A stretch of DNA of 64,000 nt from Candidatus Dojkabacteria bacterium. GTDB taxonomy: Bacteria > Patescibacteriota > Dojkabacteria > B142 > WJKM01. Below the pieces are notes generated by a model. The model was not told the origin of the DNA. It saw only the letters and a list, made by a program, of their open reading frames with translations, and searched no databases. This document shows positions 39,263 through 49,436 of this stretch, one piece after another. Both the position numbers and the translations under genes were made by a program. Within the stretch, counting starts at the first letter, position 1, and each line of letters starts with the position of its first letter. The stretch lies in contig WJKM01000011.1 of the NCBI GenBank assembly GCA_014729085.1, forward strand, positions 234,852 through 298,851, given 5' to 3'.

Positions 39263-39649
39263 TTAAGTTTCTTTGTTTGGATCAATACCAATAGCTTCAA
39301 TTCTAAACTTATATCCTTCAGGACAAGTCCACGAACCATGTGCACATGGATAAGTACCTGGAGATAGAGCATTTAGTAAAGCATCGAATCCACTAAGTTG
39401 TACAGCTTTTACCTCTCCAAGTTTGACGTCTAAAGATAGTGGTTCATTGATTTTTAAGATGCTTTGTAGAATGTGCGGTTCTACTTGCGAGAGGGCGGAT
39501 GCAATTGGCAGACCTTGATCTGAGAATCCATCAGCCATCAATCCACTTACGCCTACTATACGAGCTAATTCATTTAAACCAGAACAGTGTAACAATGCTC
39601 TTGGGTCGCAGAATTCTATTTGTATTTTTGAGTAAGGTTTTATTTCCAT
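39263..39649 (-). CDS. Hypothetical protein
   Basis: 128-aa ORF convergent with the two upstream small ORFs. Contains ...TYPCAHGSWTCPEGY... Confidence 0.35.
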   Translation of the reverse strand: MEIKPYSKIQIEFCDPRALLHCSGLNELARIVGVSGLMADGFSDQGLPIASALSQVEPHILQSILKINEPLSLDVKLGEVKAVQLSGFDALLNALSPGTYPCAHGSWTCPEGYKFRIEAIGIDPNKET

Positions 39650-40034
39650 ATCTATCCCATAATAATCGGTAGTTGTAATTATATCAATTGAAAAGTTTTT
39701 GATTCAAGCTTTTTAAACCAATATTCGTAATGGCAGTGATAAGAAATAGAAGCTTTGAGGCAAAAATTTTTAAAGGATAGTGGGAATTACAGAACTAAAA
39801 AAACTGAGGCCCGTTTTCATTGGAATTGCAGGAGCTTTATTTTTACATGAGATACAAGATGATATTGACGATGAAATTTTCGGCTATGAAGATTTGGAGA
39901 GGAAATAGCAATAAGCTTTGACGAAGTTATCGATAGAATAGGTGTCTTAGAACAAAAAGAAAAGAAAGGGAATAGAAAAAACCAAACTTCCGAAGCTTAA
40001 AAGAAGTCTAAAATTCTCTTTCTTATTAAAATTA

Positions 40035-40199
40035 TTAGGCTACAGCATCTAATACAACAACCAGTCCAATAATTCCAACCAATATTGCCATACAGACACC
40101 GACTATAATCAGTGCCATTTTATTCTTATCTTTTTGTGTTTTTTGGCTGTTTACTGCTTTTGTAGCTGCGTTTGCTGCTATTCTTTCAATAAGCCCCAT
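40035..40199 (-). CDS. Possible small membrane protein (54 aa)
   Basis: MGLIERIAANAATKAVNSQKTQKDKNKMALIIVGVCMAILVGIIGLVVVLDAVA has a single predicted TM helix. It sits in an otherwise non-coding ~700-bp gap. Confidence 0.25.
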   Translation of the reverse strand: MGLIERIAANAATKAVNSQKTQKDKNKMALIIVGVCMAILVGIIGLVVVLDAVA

Positions 40200-40344
40200 C
40201 AGTATTTGTTAATAAATTTAAGTATATCCTATATTATATTGAGTTTGTAGTTTAAAAACAATGGTTTTGCAGATTTGCAAACAAAAACTCTACATTGTCT
40301 ATTTTGATAATACAAGGGAGATTTTTTATTTGTGAATTTTTATG

Positions 40345-40725
40345 CTAGAAGTTGTTTGATAGCACGTCTTCTACGGTAAGGCTTAGTTCAATTAAATCCT
40401 CTATACTTTCTTCTGTGAAATAAGCAGATTCCCCGATCTCATTGTATTCATCGCCTATTTGGATTCTGGTTCTTCCCAAGATATCCTGTTCAGTAATTTG
40501 AAATATTAGATCCATTGTTGTGGGATTTAAGCAGACAATTTTATCAACTCCGTCATCCCGATCAAAGGGACCGTCTTGATATAACTCACACATCATCTCC
40601 TCAGTTTCAAAATCAGGAATGTATCTTTGGTCCAAGCTATGAGTCCAGAAACTTCTTTCTGTTTCCGAGTTCCAAGCGGTTATCTCAGAAAGTGGGGTAT
40701 TATCAAAAGGATTTTCGTGATCCAT
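40345..40725 (-). CDS. Hypothetical acidic protein
   Basis: 126-aa ORF, D/E-rich, no recognisable domain. Confidence 0.35.
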   Translation of the reverse strand: MDHENPFDNTPLSEITAWNSETERSFWTHSLDQRYIPDFETEEMMCELYQDGPFDRDDGVDKIVCLNPTTMDLIFQITEQDILGRTRIQIGDEYNEIGESAYFTEESIEDLIELSLTVEDVLSNNF

Positions 40726-41101
40726 GGCTCGGATGTTTCATTAAATTGAAAAGTATTGAGCTTCTAATTTGCTTGCGACTTAGCACGTTCTGTTGCTAGG
40801 CATTGTAAACACGTAAAGATACCTTGTTCTTCTCTTATATCTGGCTTTAAGTATATACATTCAGGTAGAACACCCTGGTCAGATCTCTGTACTTCTTATA
40901 AAGGTATACCACAGGGTGGCTGGATTGTTATTAGTTTTTCCATAGTGAGAGTGAGTTAGAATAATATATTTGGATTATATCATTTAACTGGATTTGGTGT
41001 ATAGTATTGGGCTAAATCGATAGTAATGGCTTTGTGTATTGAAAATAAGTAAGTTTTTTCATATAATCCAATATACCTATATTAATTATTATTAAATTTA
41101 A

Positions 41102-41389
41102 ATGGAAGACAAAGATCCTGCAATAACCATTGTGTCTGCTACCCCAAAACCAGATGGAGTTAGAGTAGATGTGGGTGGTAATTGCCCAGAGTGTGTAGAA
41201 AATGTTGCTGGTATGCTACAACAAGCAGCACAAGAAATAGGAGCAGAGGTTCTACCACAAGTAAATCCTTCTCAACCTAATTTTACAACTGGAGGCTGGG
41301 AAGGGAATCCGATCTGGGATGAGATGAGAGAACAAGGAGAGACTAGAAGAAGAGTTGTAGGAGTTTCACCTATTGTCGGAACGGATTAA
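41102..41389 (+). CDS. Hypothetical protein
   Basis: 95-aa ORF followed 19 nt later by a strong terminator hairpin. Confidence 0.35.
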   Translation: MEDKDPAITIVSATPKPDGVRVDVGGNCPECVENVAGMLQQAAQEIGAEVLPQVNPSQPNFTTGGWEGNPIWDEMREQGETRRRVVGVSPIVGTD

Positions 41390-41407
41390 ATAATTCTGTA
41401 ATGTAGA

Positions 41408-41436
41408 AAAGAGAAGATGATTTGTCTTCTCTTTTT
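41408..41436. terminator. Bidirectional rho-independent terminator
   Basis: AAAGAGAAGA-TGATTTG-TCTTCTCTTT perfect 10-bp stem flanked by A/T runs, between convergent ORFs 41102..41389 and 41442..41807. Confidence 0.6.
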
Positions 41437-41441
41437 ATGTT

Positions 41442-41807
41442 TTAAGCTTGTCCGGTTAAAATTTCTATCGTGGTTGCTTCTGGTAATGGCGGCATATTAC
41501 AAAAAGCTGGATCAACTACATTTTTTTGATACCAGACTGAATTTAATAGTAAGTCTGGTTCTCCGTGTACAATTGAAAATAAGTGTCCTCCTTGCTCTGT
41601 CTTCTGCCATCCTGTACAAAGTCCTTTTTGCAAAACCGGGCAACCATCCCTACGATCACAGCATCTGGCAATTTCTGGAGGAAGGGGAAGCCTTGTCCCG
41701 CCTTGGTTTATGAGATGTATTTCTCCTAAGCCTGGTTGTAGGTATACAGCACCTTGAATTTCGTTACCAAAGTGAAGAGAGCCTGCTCCTATAAGATTTG
41801 CTTCCAT
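41442..41807 (-). CDS. Hypothetical protein
   Basis: 121-aa ORF, Gly/Pro-rich, Cys-containing. Confidence 0.35.
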   Translation of the reverse strand: MEANLIGAGSLHFGNEIQGAVYLQPGLGEIHLINQGGTRLPLPPEIARCCDRRDGCPVLQKGLCTGWQKTEQGGHLFSIVHGEPDLLLNSVWYQKNVVDPAFCNMPPLPEATTIEILTGQA

Positions 41808-41938
41808 ACATTTAAGATAATGAATAACAATATGGATTATACCAAATGCGAGGAAGATTTTTCTTTCCTATGTGTTTGACACGCTAGCTTACTTTAAAAT
41901 AAACTCAAAATAAATATCTAAAATAATATCTGTATATC

Positions 41939-42151
41939 ATGAACAAAAATCAGGAAGTGGCAAGACAAGATTCGTGTAATAAGGAAATTTACAAACTCAG
42001 AGTTAAGATAGGGGGAGATGAGTTTGATTTTGAATGTCCCGATAAGCATACTTTAGTGCATGAGGGGATTGAACTTCTAGGTAATACCTTCGGGAGGTAC
42101 AAACCTCAGGATATAAGGGCAAGAATTAAGAAGAGTAGGGAGGAAGAATAA
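41939..42151 (+). CDS. Hypothetical small protein
   Basis: 70-aa ORF. Confidence 0.3.
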   Translation: MNKNQEVARQDSCNKEIYKLRVKIGGDEFDFECPDKHTLVHEGIELLGNTFGRYKPQDIRARIKKSREEE

Positions 42152-42290
42152 AAATTCGGAGGATTTACTTAATTCCTGGATGTAACTATGTTCAAGTATT
42201 GTCTAACTTTTAGAGATTTAAGTCAAAATGATTACTCGGACTAGTTCTCCAAGAGGTAGTCATTAGATTTTTAACAGAAAAAATCCAAGC

Positions 42291-43121
42291 TTATTGTTTT
42301 TGTAAATCGGCACGCCCTCCTTTTCTTAATTTCATTTTTTGAGCTTTTTTCCATACAAAATTAAAGAGCTGCTTCTGCATACGGGCTAAATTTTCATTAT
42401 GCAGTTCAACTCCGAATGCCTCATCTATATATGTATAGATTGCAACCACGTTGTTATAAATAAGTAGTTCAAAGTCCATTTTCAGATCATCAGGGTCTAT
42501 GTATCTAAGTTTATGATGTTTATCTATGTATGCCTGGATATTTGTGTAGGGATCAAAGTGCTGTATGTTAGTAAGTTGACGTGTAACAATACCCCTTTTA
42601 ACAATTTCCAGCCTCATCTTTTCTGCAAATTCTTCACCCGTAAAAGGATGCATACCTTCGGAAATCTCGAAAATGCAGATTTCATCTTTTGCTTCAAGTG
42701 AGTTCCAGGTTATTTGCTTTAGTCCTTCTGGACCTTCGTAATAAAAAGTTTTAGATGATTTTGAGGAGCCTAATTTTATCTCTTCCAGTTTTTTCAGGAG
42801 TTCTTGCTTACTGGTTTTAAGTTCAGCTAGTTCATTCTCCTTTTCAATTAAGATAAGGTCTAGATTTTTCAAGGATTCAATTTGAAATTTTTTACCTCTT
42901 GAGGCTAAAACTTCCTTGACAAGTCCTTTTCCAATTAGGTTTTTTAACAGTCTATATACTTTAGTCCTTCCAATTCTGGTTTTCCTGCTTATTTGCAAAG
43001 CAGACTGAAGATCGTTTTGGATAAGAAACAGATATACAGAAATTTCGTCTCTGTTTAGTCCAAACTTAAGAAGTTTTTGTTTTATTTGATTAAAGGATCT
43101 GTCTGTTTGATCGGACAACAC
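42291..43121 (-). CDS. TrmB-family (winged-helix) transcriptional regulator
   Basis: The N-terminal wHTH (FGLNRDEISVYLFLIQNDLQSALQISRKTRIGRTKVYRLLKNLIGKGLVKE) resembles TrmB_N. The coiled-coil linker and C-terminal domain are consistent with TrmB architecture. Confidence 0.5.
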   Translation of the reverse strand: MLSDQTDRSFNQIKQKLLKFGLNRDEISVYLFLIQNDLQSALQISRKTRIGRTKVYRLLKNLIGKGLVKEVLASRGKKFQIESLKNLDLILIEKENELAELKTSKQELLKKLEEIKLGSSKSSKTFYYEGPEGLKQITWNSLEAKDEICIFEISEGMHPFTGEEFAEKMRLEIVKRGIVTRQLTNIQHFDPYTNIQAYIDKHHKLRYIDPDDLKMDFELLIYNNVVAIYTYIDEAFGVELHNENLARMQKQLFNFVWKKAQKMKLRKGGRADLQKQ

Positions 43122-43188
43122 TTTTGGGATTGCTTTGTTTATAAACTAAAATATGTTTAGAATAGTATAACATTTTAAATTTCTGACT

Positions 43189-43755
43189 ATGTTTAATTTA
43201 ATGTTGCTTACAATCAGTACGTGCTTGGCATTGATTTCTCCTATAATCTATTCAATCGAAATTATTCGAGGAAATGCCCGGCCACATAGAACAACTAGAC
43301 TAGTTCTACTCATTATTACAAGTCTTTCTACAGTTTCTCTTCTTGCGCAGGGAAATAAGACTGCTGTATGGCTTGCATTTGCATCTATGCTTCAATCTAC
43401 AGTTATTTTTCTGTTAAGTTTGAAATATGGAATGGGGGGCAAGTCAGGTTTTGATATTCTGTGTTTGTTAATTGCCTTTCTTGGAATTATTTTATGGCAG
43501 GTAACTCGAAATCCTATATTCGGTTTAGTTTTTTCTGTATTTGCAGATTTTATAGGTATGGTTCCAGCTATCCTAAAAACATATAGACAACCTGAAACCG
43601 AGGTTTGGTTATTCTTTGCCTTGGATACAATAGCTGCCTTATTGAATCTGTTGGTTGTAAGTAATTACACATTTAGTGAAGTTCTTTTTCCTGTATACAT
43701 TTTTGTTATTAATCTGGTTATGGTATTTCTGGCTTTAAGAAAACAAGAGATCTGA
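43189..43755 (+). CDS. Integral membrane protein (about 6 TM), unknown function
   Basis: Hydrophobicity pattern with an apparent internal 3+3 TM duplication. Confidence 0.4.
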   Translation: MFNLMLLTISTCLALISPIIYSIEIIRGNARPHRTTRLVLLIITSLSTVSLLAQGNKTAVWLAFASMLQSTVIFLLSLKYGMGGKSGFDILCLLIAFLGIILWQVTRNPIFGLVFSVFADFIGMVPAILKTYRQPETEVWLFFALDTIAALLNLLVVSNYTFSEVLFPVYIFVINLVMVFLALRKQEI

Positions 43756-43829
43756 AATAGATCAAATACTAGACATATATGTTAAAGTAATCTAAAATTT
43801 TCTATAAATAATTTTGGTTACGGAAAGAT

Positions 43830-44429
43830 ATGTTTAATAAAATAAAGCAGGCACTTGTCATTATTTTTATCGTTTTGATAGTACTTGTAAGTACGAGAGT
43901 TCTAATTCTTTACCTTCCGATGGATCATACAACGGGCATTATTAAAACTTGGTTGGATTTTACTTCGTTGTTTATTAAGCCCTGGGAAGGTATTTATCCT
44001 GATATCGAAAAAGGAAAGTCGATACTTGAAATCTCTTCCTTAGTCGCCATTCTGTTTTATGCCACTACGGGCTTTATTTTCCAAAGATCACTAAGGGTCG
44101 TTAAATACAAAAAATTTCAGAAAGTATTTGCCTCGATTGTAGACACTCTCTTTAAACTAGTTGAATTAGAATTTGCTACAAGATTTTTGTTAAAACTTTC
44201 TAGTGCATCACACAATAGTATTTTTGTAAGGATTATCTATACACTCTCGAATTTTATTCACAGACCTTCAAGCGAGTTTTTGGGAGATCTCAAGTTTGAA
44301 GATTTTGGGGGCGTAATAGAGTTGAGTACTTTAATATTACTTATTATTGTGTTCATCCTTGATGTTATTGCACAGAGATCCATCCGAATTCTTTTTGGCG
44401 AAGTTGAAAAAAACAAGCCAGATGAATAG
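43830..44429 (+). CDS. Integral membrane protein, unknown function
   Basis: N-terminal TM helix plus several further hydrophobic segments. Confidence 0.4.
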   Translation: MFNKIKQALVIIFIVLIVLVSTRVLILYLPMDHTTGIIKTWLDFTSLFIKPWEGIYPDIEKGKSILEISSLVAILFYATTGFIFQRSLRVVKYKKFQKVFASIVDTLFKLVELEFATRFLLKLSSASHNSIFVRIIYTLSNFIHRPSSEFLGDLKFEDFGGVIELSTLILLIIVFILDVIAQRSIRILFGEVEKNKPDE

Positions 44430-44687
44430 ACTTCAATCTAGATATTATGAAGATAAAATGTCAAATATAAGTGATGAGAAATAACAAAAGAGAGAGTTAG
44501 GCGACACGAGTAGGGGATATCAATTTTTGAAACATACCGATTGAAAAAGTTTGAAAAGAGTCCGCTAGACTCCAACCGAAATGACTGTTAGGATGTATAT
44601 AATTTATTTATTGTATTTCTGAAAGATTTTTCGTAGAAAGAAGTGGAGGATAGTATATCAAATATTAAACAATTCTTTTGATTATAT

Positions 44688-45782
44688 TTAATCACTTTCT
44701 TCAAATACTGCTATTCCTTGAAGTTCCTGCGATATTTGTTCATAAATTGTGCGTGAAACAGGTCTGACTTGTACTTCATATTGGCCGGCTCTAAAAGCTC
44801 TGAGGGTTGGGGTGCCATATGCAGCAAATTGATTAGCAATATATTCGTCATAAGAATTCCCTTGTATTGCCTCTTCAACAATTAAACGAAATGAGTTTGG
44901 TACTCGTTCATTTTCAATGAATAGCCGTCCAGATTCATTATCGGTTAGTTCGTATTGGTTTTCAATATCCCCGTAAAGATTTTCGTGTACAGGTGGTTGA
45001 GCGAATTCGGTTGCAAAGAGACTCGCAAACTCACTTGAGTCTGCCTGGAAATCAGGGTTTACCCTTACATAGCTTGGGATTTCACCGTTGGGATTGTCGA
45101 AGACAGTTGCAGCTTGGGCACTCATCCAAGGACCAAGTGGATTTAAGTAAATTCTGTATGGAACAGCCTCGCCATCGACGATTTCTCCTTCGTCATATAG
45201 AATATAGTCGTCGGCATGCATTAAGTATAAGGTTTGGTCACCGTGATCTATCGTAATATTTGGGTTTCCTGAGTCATCCTGATAAAAAATTTCAAAGGAT
45301 CTATCAATGGCTGTTACAAAGTCATCTGTTAATCTGTATCCTTCAAAACCGGTGACTATCTCTATTGGATCGCCATCTAAATCAAAGTTTTGGACTGAAT
45401 GTCTACAGTTTTCATCCCACAGTTCGGTTACTTGATTTGCATAGTCCCATATTGCCAGGTCCCATCGTTCTTCGTCAGTTGCATCCCAGCCATCACCTTC
45501 GGGATCAATTTGATCTAGAGTATCCAAAAGAATATGCTCCGGTAGCTGGTCACGGTATGCACAACCATGATCTATTGCGTCTAGGCTTTCTGTTGGGATC
45601 GGTGTTGGGGGTAGAGTTGGAGTAGATTCTGGTAATGGGTTTGAAGTAGGCATAGGTGTATCAGTTGGTGTCATTGTCTCTGTTGCTTCTTGTGTATCTA
45701 GATCACAACCGCTAGAGGCTATCACTAAACCACACAAGATCGAAGGTACTATCAACTTTTTTAAATTAATTTCTTGTTCCAT
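44688..45782 (-). CDS. Putative lipoprotein with a Pro/Thr-rich linker
   Basis: Signal peptide ending in the lipobox IASSGC. PTDTPMPTSNPLPESTPTLPPTPIPT linker. Acidic globular domain. Looks GC-richer. Confidence 0.5.
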   Translation of the reverse strand: MEQEINLKKLIVPSILCGLVIASSGCDLDTQEATETMTPTDTPMPTSNPLPESTPTLPPTPIPTESLDAIDHGCAYRDQLPEHILLDTLDQIDPEGDGWDATDEERWDLAIWDYANQVTELWDENCRHSVQNFDLDGDPIEIVTGFEGYRLTDDFVTAIDRSFEIFYQDDSGNPNITIDHGDQTLYLMHADDYILYDEGEIVDGEAVPYRIYLNPLGPWMSAQAATVFDNPNGEIPSYVRVNPDFQADSSEFASLFATEFAQPPVHENLYGDIENQYELTDNESGRLFIENERVPNSFRLIVEEAIQGNSYDEYIANQFAAYGTPTLRAFRAGQYEVQVRPVSRTIYEQISQELQGIAVFEESD

Positions 45783-46013
45783 AATGTGTTATTTTAGAAG
45801 TTTTCATTATTGAGTGATTATATCAAAATTTTGAGGTATTTTGTATATTTCAATTCTCTTTACCCCCTGTAATTTAATGGAAGAGATCTGATTTAAACTC
45901 AAATATTATTAGTGTGTTCTTACAGAGTATAATAGCAGCTGTGCAATTCTTGCAAAACAAGATCGCTAGATTTCAAAATTTAACATCGGAAAGTATAGGG
46001 AAGTATCAGATGT

Positions 46014-46039
46014 AGGAGCAGGTTTTGAAACCTGCTCCT
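46014..46039. promoter_or_regulatory. Perfect 26-bp palindrome (candidate operator or transcript-end hairpin)
   Basis: AGGAGCAGGTTTTGAAACCTGCTCCT, 58 nt past the 3' end of the minus-strand gene 46098..46889. No U-tract on either strand. Confidence 0.4.
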
Positions 46040-46097
46040 GCATTCTAGCCAACAATCCTTGGGAGATCTAGAATACTTTTGTTGTATCTAATAACAT

Positions 46098-46889
46098 TTA
46101 CTCATTTAGTATTTTTTCAATATATTTTCTATGTTTATCTCTTGTATTATGGACTCTAATCTCAGAATACTCCTTAATTATAAATCTTATAAAGATCTTA
46201 ATGATTTTTTGTTTCCCAGGATCGCGATCCTTAGTTCCTATATTCTTATATTCATTCATAATTTTGAGAATTTCTTTTATTCGAGATTCATCTCTACAAA
46301 AGATATGTTTCCCCTTTTCGTTATATAGTGGGTTATTAAAATCATTCCAAGTGTATTTGACACATTTGTTCCATTCGCAATCCCCTATGTAATAACTAAG
46401 AATCTTAATAAGTTGATCAAGCTCATTATTTTTTTCGAGTTTAAAATATTGTATGTATCTGATCAGTATCCTAAACTTAAGCTCCAATAGAAAGTATGCA
46501 CGATCAAGTTTTTTTTCAAGGAAATATTTATGGAGATAGATATATTCATAAATAAGAAACAATTCATCAATAAGTCTATTGCTCTTGAATAGTGTTGCAT
46601 TAGAACGAAAGCTTTCGTATTGCTCTGTAAAGAAGGTAGTTTCCTGGAAATCCTTATTTAGAGTAGATATTGCATTTATATACAATTCAGCAGCAAGATT
46701 ATCGATTATATTTTTTTTCTTATCTGTTTTTTTAATATATCTTTGAAGATATGGAATTAGTATTGCTACTACAATAGAACAAAGGGTGAGGCAAGCCATA
46801 ACAAGTTGGATAGAAGCCTCAATGGAAGAAGCAAAAGATTTTAATAGAAGGGGATTCAAATTCAGATTAATAACAATTGGTTGAATCAT
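46098..46889 (-). CDS. Hypothetical membrane-anchored protein
   Basis: 263 aa, N-terminal TM helix, Lys/Ile/Tyr-rich. No recognisable domain. Confidence 0.4.
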   Translation of the reverse strand: MIQPIVINLNLNPLLLKSFASSIEASIQLVMACLTLCSIVVAILIPYLQRYIKKTDKKKNIIDNLAAELYINAISTLNKDFQETTFFTEQYESFRSNATLFKSNRLIDELFLIYEYIYLHKYFLEKKLDRAYFLLELKFRILIRYIQYFKLEKNNELDQLIKILSYYIGDCEWNKCVKYTWNDFNNPLYNEKGKHIFCRDESRIKEILKIMNEYKNIGTKDRDPGKQKIIKIFIRFIIKEYSEIRVHNTRDKHRKYIEKILNE

Positions 46890-46994
46890 TGAGATTATAG
46901 ATAAGATCTTGACGTATTAAGAAAGAAATCTGAGATTGACAGCATTATCCCGGATAATAGTTCGTATACTCACTATTTCCGGGATAAATTCAAC

Positions 46995-47031
46995 AAAAAA
47001 AGAAGCCAAGAGCCAGAGGCTCTTGGCTTCT
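46995..47031 (-). terminator. Rho-independent terminator of groEL
   Basis: On the minus strand: GAAGCCAAGAGCC-TCT-GGCTCTTGGCTTC (13-bp perfect stem) followed by TTTTTTT, 11 nt after the groEL stop. Confidence 0.7.
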
Positions 47032-47041
47032 TAAGTTTCAT

Positions 47042-48724
<1,683 letters not shown>

Positions 48725-48757
48725 TCAGAATTGTGCTTTAAACACAATTAAAGCAGA

Positions 48758-49057
48758 TTAACTAATGACTGCTAGAATTGCATCTTCATCCATGATTAAA
48801 TATTCTTTATCATCAATTTCAATTTCATCAGGAGAATATTTTTTGAAAATAACTTTATCTCCAACTTTAACATTGAATGAGATTTTTTTGCCGTCTTCAC
48901 CGATTCGCCCAGTTCCGAGGGCCACGACTTTACCTTTTTGAGGTTTTTCTTTGTCTACTGTATCAGGAAGAACAATACCTGCAGAAGTAGTTTTTTCTTC
49001 TGTTACAGGTTCTACTAGGATATTTCCACCAATTGGTTTGATCTTAGGTTTTGCCAT
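48758..49057 (-). CDS. groS: Co-chaperonin GroES
   Basis: 99 aa: IKPIGGNILVEPVTEEKTTSAGIVLPDT...GKVVALGTGR. Confidence 0.9.
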   Translation of the reverse strand: MAKPKIKPIGGNILVEPVTEEKTTSAGIVLPDTVDKEKPQKGKVVALGTGRIGEDGKKISFNVKVGDKVIFKKYSPDEIEIDDKEYLIMDEDAILAVIS

Positions 49058-49170
49058 ATGTAGAGGAATATAAGATATAAAGTAATAATATGTCTCTGTG
49101 GAAAATAACTACATACTGTTATTATCCAAAATAGGACATTTTTAATTTGTAAAAATGAAAAAAGTACTGT

Positions 49171-49197
49171 TTAGCACTTTTAAGCAGAGACTGATAA
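49171..49197. promoter_or_regulatory. Degenerate CIRCE-like inverted repeat (possible HrcA operator) upstream of groES
   Basis: TTAGCACTT-N9-GACTGATAA versus consensus TTAGCACTC-N9-GAGTGCTAA (8/9 and 7/9 matches), ~115 nt upstream of the groES start. Confidence 0.35.
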
Positions 49198-49436
49198 AAT
49201 CATACCAATTGAACTTGAGTATTGTCAACACTGTTTACCAATTTACTTGTAAAATCTAAATTTAATATTATATAGTTTAAAAATTTTGAACAGGCGGACT
49301 CCTAAGGTATAACTAAAGATATATTATCACTCCGCTGTCATTTCTGAACTTAATCAGTAATTTTGCGTACAAAAATATTGGGAGGAAAAATTTTTATATA
49401 AAATTAGGTGAAAGGAGTAGAGAACAAAAAGTATAG

